Origin: an uncultured Lachnospiraceae bacterium
GTDB lineage: Bacteria > Bacillota > Clostridia > Lachnospirales > Lachnospiraceae
NCBI GenBank assembly: GCA_947167445.1
Contig: CAMVID010000008.1
Coordinates: forward strand, 206 to 64,205
Direction of reading: 5' to 3'
DNA: 64,000 nt
This document shows, piece after piece, positions 10,050 through 18,510 of the stretch. The notes beneath the pieces were generated by a model. It had not been told where the DNA came from and ran no database searches. It was given only the letters and a program-made list of their open reading frames with translations. The position numbers and the translations under genes are program-made. Numbering within the stretch: position 1 is the stretch's first letter; each line of letters opens with the position of its first letter.

Positions 10050-11060
10050 CTATGCTTCTGCCGCCTTAATTCTCTTAGTAAGTTCAGCGGCGTCCATCTC
10101 TCTGATTTCAAATGTTCCAAGCCTCTTGACATAGACACATTTAATTGTATCACCGTTTGCCTTCTTGTCATGAAGAACCGCCTTCATGGCTTCCTCTTCA
10201 TTAAACTTTGCTTTTACAGGAAGATTAAGCTTTTTAAGCAGTGCCTCAAGCCTCTCGGCGACTTCCCCGTCACACATGCAAAGCATTCCCAGACCCACGC
10301 ACTCGCCGTGAAGGAGCTCACCCATGAGGGATGACTCAATGCCGTGGCCTAAAGTGTGGCCGAAGTTAAGGACTCTTCTCAATCCGCTTTCCTTCTCATC
10401 CTCCTCCACCACGCGCTTCTTTATCTTAATGGCCTTGTATATTATGTTGGTAAAATCTTCTGTATCGCAGTTATCCTCAAGGTCCGAGAAGAATGTCTCG
10501 TCAAAGGTTGCCGCCATCTTCACCACTTCCGCCATGCCGTTTGAAATCTGACGTTTCGAAAGGGTCTTAAGGGTATCTGTATCGATTATGACCTTCGTAG
10601 GCGGATAAAACGCTCCAATGATGTTCTTAACTCCCTCGAAATCAATGGCTGTCTTCCCTCCTATGGATGAATCCACCTGGGAAAGGAGGGTCGTGGGAAT
10701 ATTATAGAAATCAATTCCTCTCATATATATGGAAGCGGCAAAACCGGACAAATCTCCGATAACGCCTCCTCCTACTGCCACCACGCAATCTCCTCTTGTA
10801 AAGCCGGCATCAAGCATGGCCTTCTCAAGTTTCATGAGATTATCCAGGTTTTTGCTCTCTTCTCCCTGTTTAAGCACCAGGGTTACCGGCTCCTTTGAAG
10901 CCTTGGCCACAGCTTCGGAATACTCCTTGGGAACTCCGTCATCAGTGACGATAAGAACCTTTCTGTTTAGCTTAAGAAGCTCACCGACGTTCTTAAGCAA
11001 CCCGCTTCCTAAATCAATATCATAATTTCCTGTTTGAGTAATTACATTGATTATGTTCAT
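10050..11060 (-). CDS. aroB: 3-dehydroquinate synthase
   Basis: 336-aa ORF with VAVGGGVIGDLSGFAA and the metal-binding motif NFGHTLGHGIE. Confidence 0.9.
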   Translation of the reverse strand: MNIINVITQTGNYDIDLGSGLLKNVGELLKLNRKVLIVTDDGVPKEYSEAVAKASKEPVTLVLKQGEESKNLDNLMKLEKAMLDAGFTRGDCVVAVGGGVIGDLSGFAASIYMRGIDFYNIPTTLLSQVDSSIGGKTAIDFEGVKNIIGAFYPPTKVIIDTDTLKTLSKRQISNGMAEVVKMAATFDETFFSDLEDNCDTEDFTNIIYKAIKIKKRVVEEDEKESGLRRVLNFGHTLGHGIESSLMGELLHGECVGLGMLCMCDGEVAERLEALLKKLNLPVKAKFNEEEAMKAVLHDKKANGDTIKCVYVKRLGTFEIREMDAAELTKRIKAAEA

Positions 11061-11067
11061 TTCTACC

Positions 11068-11895
11068 TCAAATCTTAATACCGGGTTCGTATCTGCCTAC
11101 TATTTTAACAAACTGGCACTGTTTTTTTAAGTCCTCAAGCATTTCTTTGCCCTTGGCTGACTCAAGATCTCCTTCCACCTCTACGTAGAAGTAATAAGTC
11201 CAGTTGGTTTTCTTCTCAGGTCTGCTTCTTATGACTCTCATGTTGAAGCCGTGATCACCGATTTTGGAAATGGCTTTCGCAAGTCCTCCGGCTTCATTCT
11301 TAACTGTGAACATCATTGCCGATGTGCAGTCGGGGTCCTCTTTCTTCTTGGGGTTCTTTGAAAGCACGGCAAATCTTGTCACATTGTTTGCGCTCTGATT
11401 GACATCCGTAGCAAGAACTTTAAGCCCATATAAGTCAGCAGTTTCTTTGCTCGCTATGGCACCCACCTCAGGGTCGCCTCCGAAGGAAACCTGTCTTGCT
11501 GCCCTGGCTGTATTCTCATAAGGAACGGTTCTGAAGCCATGTTCCTCAATGAACTCATGGCACTGCTCAAGAGCCTGAGGATGACTGAGAACTGTTCTGA
11601 TGTTCTCAAGTTTGGTGTTCTTGGTTCCAAGAAGGCAATGTGAAATGGATAACTCATATACATTATCGAATTCCAGGGAACCTCCATAAATAAGGTCCAT
11701 TACCTGACCAACTTCACCGGCAAAGCTGTTCTCAATGGGCAAAACCGCCACATCGCATTCGCCGTTCTCCACCTTTGCATATGCCTCGTCGAAGGATTTG
11801 CAGCTTATAAACTGTTCATTGGGATAAATCTTTCCCGACGCAATGCTTGCGAAGGAACCTTCAATTCCGCTGTAAGCCACTTTCAATTCACTCAT
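11068..11895 (-). CDS. pheA: Prephenate dehydratase (PDT + ACT domains)
   Basis: 275-aa ORF with VAYSGIEGSFA and NVTRFAVL motifs plus a C-terminal ACT-like segment. It is the first gene of the operon. Confidence 0.9.
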   Translation of the reverse strand: MSELKVAYSGIEGSFASIASGKIYPNEQFISCKSFDEAYAKVENGECDVAVLPIENSFAGEVGQVMDLIYGGSLEFDNVYELSISHCLLGTKNTKLENIRTVLSHPQALEQCHEFIEEHGFRTVPYENTARAARQVSFGGDPEVGAIASKETADLYGLKVLATDVNQSANNVTRFAVLSKNPKKKEDPDCTSAMMFTVKNEAGGLAKAISKIGDHGFNMRVIRSRPEKKTNWTYYFYVEVEGDLESAKGKEMLEDLKKQCQFVKIVGRYEPGIKI

Positions 11896-11952
11896 AATTA
11901 ATCTCCTTTTCTTTTGAGCTATCCTTAAAAGTGCTTACACCTGACATAACAA

Positions 11953-11981
11953 AAGGCGCCAACCTTTCAGGATAGCGCCTT
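11953..11981 (-). terminator. Attenuator terminator in the pheA leader
   Basis: Minus-strand RNA reads AAGGCGC-UAUCCUGAAAGGUUG-GCGCCUU followed by UUGUUAUGU. There is a 7-bp GC-rich stem (11953-11959 / 11975-11981). Inner pairs UA/UG and CCU/AGG extend it. It lies 57 nt upstream of the pheA ATG. Confidence 0.65.
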
Positions 11982-12009
11982 AATTTATCTTGGTTATATT
12001 TCTCAGCGT

Positions 12010-12141
12010 CTATTCCTTAACCCTTATTGAACGATTACGATAATAATAAAAGTAAAAGCCAAAAAAGCCTGCAAAAAAGCAAGCCTGGGTAAAGTAAAAG
12101 AATACGCTGTTAAGTTGTGAAAGGATTGCACTTATACTCAT
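12010..12141 (-). CDS. Phe/Tyr-rich leader peptide (43 aa) of the pheA-aro-tyrA operon
   Basis: The ORF is below the size cut-off of the track. GGAG sits 6 nt upstream of ATG 12139-12141 (complement). The peptide is MSISAILSQLNSVFFYFTQACFFAGFFGFYFYYYRNRSIRVKE. In it, 14 of 21 consecutive residues are Phe (9) or Tyr (5). The stop TAG at 12010-12012 sits inside the putative antiterminator arm. Confidence 0.65.
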   Translation of the reverse strand: MSISAILSQLNSVFFYFTQACFFAGFFGFYFYYYRNRSIRVKE

Positions 12142-12173
12142 ATCTGTCTCCACATCACAAATCTACTTTAATG

Positions 12174-12203
12174 ATTTTACACTTTAAACCGATAAACTGT
12201 CAA
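12174..12203 (-). promoter_or_regulatory. Sigma-A type promoter for the pheA leader
   Basis: On the minus strand, TTGACA (12198-12203), an 18-nt spacer and TAAAAT (12174-12179). It lies about 30 nt upstream of the leader-peptide ATG. Confidence 0.5.
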
Positions 12204-12213
12204 GAGCTTATTT

Positions 12214-12636
12214 TTATTTTTTTAACTTACTTACCATATTTGCAAGAGATAAGAAGTTTTCGGTTTTTACCAGAGCTATACCCTGGCCTTCATCTCCAAG
12301 TACCACAATCTGGTCCCCGGGATTTATTTCAAAAATCTTTCGCGCCTTGGCAGGAATAACAATCTGGCCCTTCTCGCCCACAGTAACCAGGCCAAACAGA
12401 TGCTTTCCCTTGGGAGGAACTGCCACCCCCAGATTGTCCTCCGGTTCATAATTGGCCAGATCATCCAGTGAAACGCCGAAAATATCTGCAAGCTGTTTAC
12501 ATTTGTCAAGGTCCGGAACGGATTCTCCGGACTCCCACTTGGCTACTGACTGTCTGGTTACGCCCAGTTTGTCAGCGATATCTTCCTGGGTCAACCCCAT
12601 TAATTTTCTTGTTTGGACCAGATTGTCTTTGAACAT
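12214..12636 (-). CDS. XRE-family HTH regulator fused to a SpoVT/AbrB-like domain
   Basis: 140-aa ORF with an N-terminal HTH LTQEDIADKLGVTRQSVAKWESG. The C-terminal AbrB-like motif is GQIVIPAKARKIFEINPGDQIVVL. Confidence 0.75.
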   Translation of the reverse strand: MFKDNLVQTRKLMGLTQEDIADKLGVTRQSVAKWESGESVPDLDKCKQLADIFGVSLDDLANYEPEDNLGVAVPPKGKHLFGLVTVGEKGQIVIPAKARKIFEINPGDQIVVLGDEGQGIALVKTENFLSLANMVSKLKK

Positions 12637-13722
12637 TTATTTCTCCTTTTTCTTCTTGATTCCAAGAACTGCCCATCTGAAGAAGGGAATTCTTGAGATA
12701 ATTGCATAGAGGCCATATCCGAAAGCAAAGCCCGCAATAAGGCTAAGTACATAACATAAAGGTGCAGGCAAAAACTTAGGTTTTGCAACTAAAAGCGCTA
12801 CGGTTGAGATTCCCAGATAGTGGAACACATAAAGTCCGAAGCTGTGTTTCGTCATCCACTCTGTAAACAGAGTTGCTTTGTCTCCGAAACGAGCCATTCC
12901 CGATAGCATTGCAAGGGAGCCGATATAAGCGCTCAGGCTATACATGATTCCTCTGTTAACCGGCTTTTCCGCATAGTTTTGGCCAAAGTACAAAATAGTA
13001 AATGCAACGCACAGGCCCACTGCTATTACTATCAAAGGCACCGCTGTTTTCTTAAGTTTTTCCATAACCTCTTCATTGGAAAAAACGTAATATCCCAGCA
13101 TAAAGAACACAAAGTAGAATGCGATCCTGTATACAGAAACCACAGGCGTATTAAGAATCTGCGCTCCGCCCCACACAAGGAAAAAGAAAGGAATTAAAAG
13201 CCATAGCGGAGTTTTTGCTCCCGCCTTAAGGAGTCTTCCTTTTTCTATTTTCCTTATCAAAAGAAGCACCACACAGTATATCCATAAAAGATGTACGAAC
13301 CAAAGCACACCGCTTCCCGAGGCAACCATTATAAGGAATATAACAGGTGCCGGAACTCCTGCAGCTGCCAGCCCTTCAATTCCTCCACCAAGAGACATGC
13401 TCACATATCCTTGTATGAACTGGAAGAAAAAAAGACCTATTGTTGAAGGAACCAAAAGTTTTAGGGTTCTTGATTTCATGAACTCTTTATCTGTGTGAGA
13501 GTCCAGATATAGTCTTGATCCTATTCCTGAAATCAGGAAAAGAACAGGCATGAACCAGGGATATACCAGGTACATGAAAGCATCATAGTACTGAACCTCA
13601 AGGTTCGTAATCTTCTGCAATCCTCCGGCTATTCCCTCGGCATTGTACATAAAAAAAACGTGATAAATAACAACAATGACAACCGTAATCCAACGAATGT
13701 TGTCCAAATAGTGTTTTCTCAT
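12637..13722 (-). CDS. Acyltransferase family 3 integral membrane protein
   Basis: 361-aa ORF with many hydrophobic helices. The N-terminal NIRWITVVIVVIYH is typical of the acyltransferase-3 family. It abuts the XRE-AbrB gene with no gap. Confidence 0.7.
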   Translation of the reverse strand: MRKHYLDNIRWITVVIVVIYHVFFMYNAEGIAGGLQKITNLEVQYYDAFMYLVYPWFMPVLFLISGIGSRLYLDSHTDKEFMKSRTLKLLVPSTIGLFFFQFIQGYVSMSLGGGIEGLAAAGVPAPVIFLIMVASGSGVLWFVHLLWIYCVVLLLIRKIEKGRLLKAGAKTPLWLLIPFFFLVWGGAQILNTPVVSVYRIAFYFVFFMLGYYVFSNEEVMEKLKKTAVPLIVIAVGLCVAFTILYFGQNYAEKPVNRGIMYSLSAYIGSLAMLSGMARFGDKATLFTEWMTKHSFGLYVFHYLGISTVALLVAKPKFLPAPLCYVLSLIAGFAFGYGLYAIISRIPFFRWAVLGIKKKKEK

Positions 13723-13844
13723 ACTTATCCCACCTTTGCAATTTATTTTAACATCATATTATTCCTGTGGCAAAGGTTAGTCCACCAATCAAAGTTAACA
13801 TTTTGGAGCAATTTATGTTTAAATTCGTTGCTTTTTTGTAAAAA

Positions 13845-13872
13845 AGAGGGAGAGGCCAAAGCCTCTCCCTCT
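13845..13872 (-). terminator. Intrinsic terminator downstream of the MCP gene
   Basis: 12-bp perfect stem AGAGGGAGAGGC / GCCTCTCCCTCT with loop CAAA. A U-run follows on the minus strand. Confidence 0.8.
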
Positions 13873-13887
13873 TTAAAATACAGTGGT

Positions 13888-15651
13888 TTAGTCGTGGAAA
13901 TAATTGATTGTATCTGCCAAATCCTTCGCCAGGGTCTGAAGCCCTTCCGCCGCTTTTGCGATAAGTGAGAAGGTTGCGTTTAGTTCTTCCATGGAGGCAT
14001 TTGTCTCTTCTGTGGAAGCCGCATTTTCTTCCGAAATGGCTGAAAGGTCTGAAATGATTTCTGTAAGTCCATTCTTGGATGACTCCAATGACTGAACCCT
14101 TCCGGAAATGTCATCCGAGGATGTCTTAACGCTTTCGGCATTTACAAACATGTCCTCCATGTCAGATCTGGTAGCATCAAGCTGAGTGGCCTGCTCGCCA
14201 AAGCTTTCATTAAGTTTATCAAGCACACTCATGGATGACTGTGCATCGGTTAAAAGTCTTTCAACAATAGACTTGATCTGCTCTGCCGATTCGTTGGACT
14301 GATCAGCAAGCTGTCTGATTTCGTCTGCAACAACTGCAAATCCTCGGCCGGCCTCTCCCGCTCTTGCCGCCTCAATTGAAGCATTCAGTGAAAGCAGGTT
14401 TGTCTGAGATGCAATATCCGTAATCGCCTGGGTAAACTGTGAAATCTCCATGGCTGAATTATTTGTGGACTTAATCGTATCACCAATCTCTTTAACCGAC
14501 TGGGTTACACTCTCACTCTGCTTAATAAGCTTATTGAGGGCATCCATGGCTTTATCACATGCAGTCTTCATCTCACCTGCGCAGGTGTCCATATTGTTTA
14601 CACTGTCGGCAATATTCTCAATATCATTTCCGATTTCGCCGGTGTCTGCGGCCGCCTTCTCAATACTGTCTGCCTGAGAGGAAGCGCCCTTTGTTATATC
14701 ATTGATGGCATCGGTTATCTGAGCAGAAGCATCTGTTGCCTGAGATGCGCTGTTTGCAAGTTCTGAACTTTCATAGTCCACCTGGGATGCAGCATCCTTG
14801 GACTTGCCGATAATCTCTTTTAGCCTGTCTGCCAGTTCCTTTGCACTTCTTTGGATATCTCCGATTTCATCCTTGCCAATCTTGCTGTCATCAGGAAACT
14901 CCACTCCGAGGTTACCTGCGGCAATCTCACCAAGCTGCTTTGAAACATCAGAAACGAGTTTGGTTACGCCTCTGATAACAATAATAGTAATTGCCAAAAG
15001 AACTACGATAACCACTCCAAAAGCAACCATCAAAAGTGAAATAATTCCGGCAATTTGCTTCTCAACACTTGCCTTCTTTTCGGCTGCCCAGGCATCGGTT
15101 ATTTCCTGCATTACATCCAAATCATTTCTGGCTGTTCCAAATGTGGAGTTAAACGCACTCCAGTCACCATTCAGGTTCGCCACATCAAATGTTGCGTCCC
15201 ACGCAGCCATATTGCTTACAAATGACTCATATGACTGTTTGAAAGTAACCCCGTCAACAGCAACTCCGTCAAAAAGCCTCGCATCTTTTTTAGCAATCTC
15301 AGCTGCCGCTGCAGACTTGTCATACACCTGCTGTCTATTGGTAACATAATCGTCAAGATAACCCGGAAGAAGCTGATCAAGCATATCCTGTGACAAGCCT
15401 GTATATCCACTCTTAAGATCATAGTAAGCCGTAGCACCTACCAGACTTTGGTAGAAATCTCTGTCCGCAGCAAGCAGATTATTATTGATTCCATAAAGGG
15501 TATCATAATAAACACTTTCCAACTCTGACTGAGTCTTATTTACACTTGCCGATGCCGCTATCAGGGAAACCACTATTGCCAGCATAAGAGGAATTGCGAT
15601 AACAAGCAGTTTGGTCCTGACTTTTAGATTCTTGATCAGTTTCATAAGCAT
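13888..15651 (-). CDS. Methyl-accepting chemotaxis protein
   Basis: 587-aa ORF with two TM segments and a HAMP region. The conserved MCP hairpin tip is [36 protein letters not shown]. Confidence 0.9.
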   Translation of the reverse strand: MLMKLIKNLKVRTKLLVIAIPLMLAIVVSLIAASASVNKTQSELESVYYDTLYGINNNLLAADRDFYQSLVGATAYYDLKSGYTGLSQDMLDQLLPGYLDDYVTNRQQVYDKSAAAAEIAKKDARLFDGVAVDGVTFKQSYESFVSNMAAWDATFDVANLNGDWSAFNSTFGTARNDLDVMQEITDAWAAEKKASVEKQIAGIISLLMVAFGVVIVVLLAITIIVIRGVTKLVSDVSKQLGEIAAGNLGVEFPDDSKIGKDEIGDIQRSAKELADRLKEIIGKSKDAASQVDYESSELANSASQATDASAQITDAINDITKGASSQADSIEKAAADTGEIGNDIENIADSVNNMDTCAGEMKTACDKAMDALNKLIKQSESVTQSVKEIGDTIKSTNNSAMEISQFTQAITDIASQTNLLSLNASIEAARAGEAGRGFAVVADEIRQLADQSNESAEQIKSIVERLLTDAQSSMSVLDKLNESFGEQATQLDATRSDMEDMFVNAESVKTSSDDISGRVQSLESSKNGLTEIISDLSAISEENAASTEETNASMEELNATFSLIAKAAEGLQTLAKDLADTINYFHD

Positions 15652-15813
15652 TTACCCCGCATTTCTATGGTGTGCAAAATTGTGTTTGTCTCTTTATTTT
15701 ATCTGAAAACTTCCGATTTTGCAACATATTATTTGATGATATTTTATTTTATCAGAAAAATAAAAGGCCGATGGATTTCTCCATCGGTCTTAATATCAAA
15801 GTAGGTCTGTCTA

Positions 15814-17202
15814 TTATGCAGTCTTCTTGTTCACATCATCAGATGCCTTATCATCTTTCTTGATAGAAAGAATCTTGTTAACAATGATACCAAGGATAAG
15901 TGCTGTTGCTACGGAAGTGATTGTTACGTTTCCGAAGTGAAGAGCAAGTCCGCCGATACCTGAGATAAGGATTGAAGATACAACGAAGAGGTTCTTGTTG
16001 TCTCCAAGGTTAACGCCCTGAAGCATCTTAAGTCCGCTTACTGCGATGAATCCGTAAAGGGTCATGCAGACACCGCCCATAACACATGAAGGAATGGAGC
16101 TTAAGAAAGCGATTACGGGGTTAAGGAATGAAACAACGATTGCAAGAGCAGCTGTTGTCATGATTGTAACTACTGATGCGTTTCTTGTGATAGCTACGCA
16201 AGCGATTGACTCGCCGTATGTTGTGTTGGGACATCCACCGAAAAATGCTCCCACCATTGAACCAACACCATCACCAAGAAGTGTTCTGTTAAGACCGGGC
16301 TCAGTGAGGAGGTCTTTCTCAATGATTGAAGAAATGTTCTTGTGGTCTGCTACGTGCTCAGCAAATACTACGAAAGCAACAGGTACATATGCTGCAAATA
16401 ATGTTCCAAGGTAAGCTCCGTCAACTTTAGAGAATCCGGAGATTGCTTCAACAAATGTAAATCTGGGAAGTGCTACGAAGGTTGAAAGTGTAACACCGTC
16501 TGCTGCAAGAGCCTTGATGGGGCTAAAGTCAACAATCATAAGAGCTGTATTTCCTGTGGCAACTCCGATTGCTGTAAAGATAGCTGCAAGTGCATAACCT
16601 GCAAGAATACCGATGATGAAGGGAATTAACTTAGCCATCTTCTTACCAAAGGTTGAGCAGATGGTAACTACAAGGAGTGTTACGATACCGCAAAGGATTG
16701 CAAGAAGTGTACTTCCTCCTTCAACGTTTGATCTCTGAAGGTCGCCTACTGCACTGCCTGCAAGTGAAAGACCGATGATAGCAACTGTAGGTCCGATAAC
16801 TACTGCGGGCATGAGTTTGTTGATCCAAAGAACTCCTGCAAATTTAACAATAAGGGAAATAACTACATATACAAGACCGGCCATGATAGCACCGATTATA
16901 AGTCCTGCATAACCCACTTCCATAGAAACGGCTCCGGCAAAAGCAGCTGCCATGGAGCCAAGAAATGCGAATGATGATCCTAAGAAAACAGGGCTTTTAG
17001 CTTTTGTGAAAAGAACATATACGAGTGTTCCCACACCTGCGCCAAAGAGTGCTGCGGCAATTGACATGTTTGAGCCTGCAGCTGAGTTTGTGATTACGGG
17101 AACAGCGATTGTAGCGGCCATGATTGCCAAAAGCTGCTGGAACGCAAACACAAGAGTTTGACTGAATTTCGGTTTGTCTTCGACATTAAAAATCATTTTC
17201 AT
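15814..17202 (-). CDS. pyrP: Uracil permease (NCS2 family)
   Basis: Polytopic NCS2-like ORF directly downstream of pyrR. I moved the start to ATG 17200-17202, which is preceded by AGGAGG at 7-nt spacing. The track ORF extends to 17232. Confidence 0.85.
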   Translation of the reverse strand: MKMIFNVEDKPKFSQTLVFAFQQLLAIMAATIAVPVITNSAAGSNMSIAAALFGAGVGTLVYVLFTKAKSPVFLGSSFAFLGSMAAAFAGAVSMEVGYAGLIIGAIMAGLVYVVISLIVKFAGVLWINKLMPAVVIGPTVAIIGLSLAGSAVGDLQRSNVEGGSTLLAILCGIVTLLVVTICSTFGKKMAKLIPFIIGILAGYALAAIFTAIGVATGNTALMIVDFSPIKALAADGVTLSTFVALPRFTFVEAISGFSKVDGAYLGTLFAAYVPVAFVVFAEHVADHKNISSIIEKDLLTEPGLNRTLLGDGVGSMVGAFFGGCPNTTYGESIACVAITRNASVVTIMTTAALAIVVSFLNPVIAFLSSIPSCVMGGVCMTLYGFIAVSGLKMLQGVNLGDNKNLFVVSSILISGIGGLALHFGNVTITSVATALILGIIVNKILSIKKDDKASDDVNKKTA

Positions 17203-17407
17203 ACACTTTCCTCCTACATATTCTGCACACACGGGTGCAAATTAATATTGTTATGCTTTGAACCATGTGAATACGTAATTAAATGCTTGTCGAAAGCTCG
17301 CTTTCGTAAAAGTATTTAATTTCGGATTCATACGGCGAATGCCGTCAAGTTCGGAAATCCGAAGGATTTTCGAACCATGGTTTATATGTTAAAGGGGCAC
17401 TCCCCGA

Positions 17408-17947
17408 TTAACCAAACAGTTCCACCGCCGTTACATCCTCGAAAGGCGGAAGTTTTACTGAAATGTGCTCCGACTTGGCCGTCGGAACGTTCTTACCAAC
17501 GTAGTCTCCTCTTATGGGAAGTTCTCTGTGACCTCTGTCTATAAGCACAGCCAGCTGAATTGCTGCCGGACGTCCATGTGCCATGATCCCCTCCATGGCA
17601 GCCCTGGCAGTTCTTCCGGTATAAAGCACATCATCCACAAGAATCACTGTCTTATCATTTATGTCAAAAGAAATCTGGGACTCATGGATTACCGGTTCAG
17701 CGGAATCATGCTGCATATCATCCCTGTAATAGGTAATGTCAATGCTTCCCACCGGAACCTCGGTGCCTTCGATTTCCTTTATATTAGCGGCGATAATCTT
17801 TGAGATGGGAATTCCTCTTCTCTTGATTCCCACAAGACAAATATTGTCACTTCCGGCATTCTTCTCCAGTATTTCATGGGCTATTCTCTTGAGTGCTCGT
17901 CCCACCGCTGCATCATCAAGCAGGGTTGCTTTGTACTGTGCTGACAT
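17408..17947 (-). CDS. pyrR: Bifunctional pyr operon regulator / uracil phosphoribosyltransferase PyrR
   Basis: PRPP-binding motif VILVDDVLYTGRT. I moved the start to MSAQYK (ATG 17945-17947, SD GGAG). The longer track ORF would read through the leader terminator. Confidence 0.9.
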   Translation of the reverse strand: MSAQYKATLLDDAAVGRALKRIAHEILEKNAGSDNICLVGIKRRGIPISKIIAANIKEIEGTEVPVGSIDITYYRDDMQHDSAEPVIHESQISFDINDKTVILVDDVLYTGRTARAAMEGIMAHGRPAAIQLAVLIDRGHRELPIRGDYVGKNVPTAKSEHISVKLPPFEDVTAVELFG

Positions 17948-17957
17948 CTGTTTCTCC

Positions 17958-18066
17958 AAAAAAAATACCGCGACTATGCGCGGCAAATTAACATTCTAAG
18001 CCCGGACTAATCCCCGGGAATCCTATATGTTGAACCTTGCCGGCATCTCTGTACCGTTCTTAAAGG
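17958..18066 (-). promoter_or_regulatory. PyrR-binding attenuator leader (binding hairpin + terminator)
   Basis: Minus-strand RNA reads CCUUUAAGAACGGUACAGAGAUGCCGGCAAGG (18035-18066). It has the canonical UUUAA element and a CAGAGA hexaloop on a CGGUA/UGCCG stem. Downstream is the hairpin GCCGCG-CAUAGU-CGCGGU followed by U8 (17958-17984), immediately before the pyrR SD. Confidence 0.7.
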
Positions 18067-18084
18067 AACTTTTTATTTAAAAAA

Positions 18085-18113
18085 ATTATATACTATATCT
18101 TGTATAGTGTAAA
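18085..18113 (-). promoter_or_regulatory. pyrR promoter
   Basis: On the minus strand, TTTACA (18108-18113), a 17-nt spacer and TATAAT (18085-18090). Confidence 0.6.
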
Positions 18114-18129
18114 GTTTTTTTTGTATAAT
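18100..18129 (+). promoter_or_regulatory. Candidate promoter of small ORF A (divergent from pyrR)
   Basis: TTGTAT (18100-18105), an 18-nt spacer and TATAAT (18124-18129). It would give a 5' UTR of about 118 nt. Confidence 0.45.
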
Positions 18130-18253
18130 CCGATATATATATTGTTACGGGTAAAATCGCATATTTTCTCAACATGTGGTTTATAAAACTACATCCATGT
18201 GACTTATATGTGACCGTTAACGATTATTATGTAGCAGATGGAGGAGATAAATA

Positions 18254-18436
18254 ATGACTAACACAACAAGGGAAAAAGACATCGGCAACAGTTTTGTCAT
18301 CGAAGTCAAGAGTCAGGAAAACTACACTTGGCAAGGGACAATAACTTGGGTCGAAGGGAAAAAGAAGGAAAACTTCAGAAGTGCATTGGAGCTCATGAAG
18401 CTCATTGATTCAACATTAGGTAAAAAGGAAGACTGA
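18254..18436 (+). CDS. Small conserved protein, paralogue A (60 aa), family not recognised
   Basis: Strong SD GGAGGAG before the ATG and its own terminator. The core SFVIEVKSQENYTWQGTITWVEGKKKENFRSALELMKLIDST is about 70 percent identical to the ORF at 23733-23915. Confidence 0.7.
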   Translation: MTNTTREKDIGNSFVIEVKSQENYTWQGTITWVEGKKKENFRSALELMKLIDSTLGKKED

Positions 18437-18455
18437 TTACAGTCTTCTTTTTTTT
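18428..18455 (+). terminator. Terminator of small ORF A
   Basis: GAAGACTG-ATTA-CAGTCTTC followed by T8. Confidence 0.8.
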
Positions 18456-18462
18456 CAAAAAA

Positions 18463-18491
18463 GTACCGGGCATTTATTCAATGCCCGGTAC
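18463..18491 (-). terminator. Terminator of the 1334-aa surface protein gene
   Basis: 11-bp stem GTACCGGGCAT / ATGCCCGGTAC, followed on the minus strand by UUUUUUG. Confidence 0.8.
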
Positions 18492-18510
18492 AGTTATTTT
18501 GAAGATTTAA

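Noticed and set aside
11896-12213. T-box riboswitch upstream of pheA
   Set aside because: A terminator is present. However, I could not find the conserved T-box sequence (the AAnnnGGGTGGTACCGCG type) or a specifier-loop architecture. The F/Y-rich translated mini-ORF explains the leader better. A covariance-model scan would settle it.
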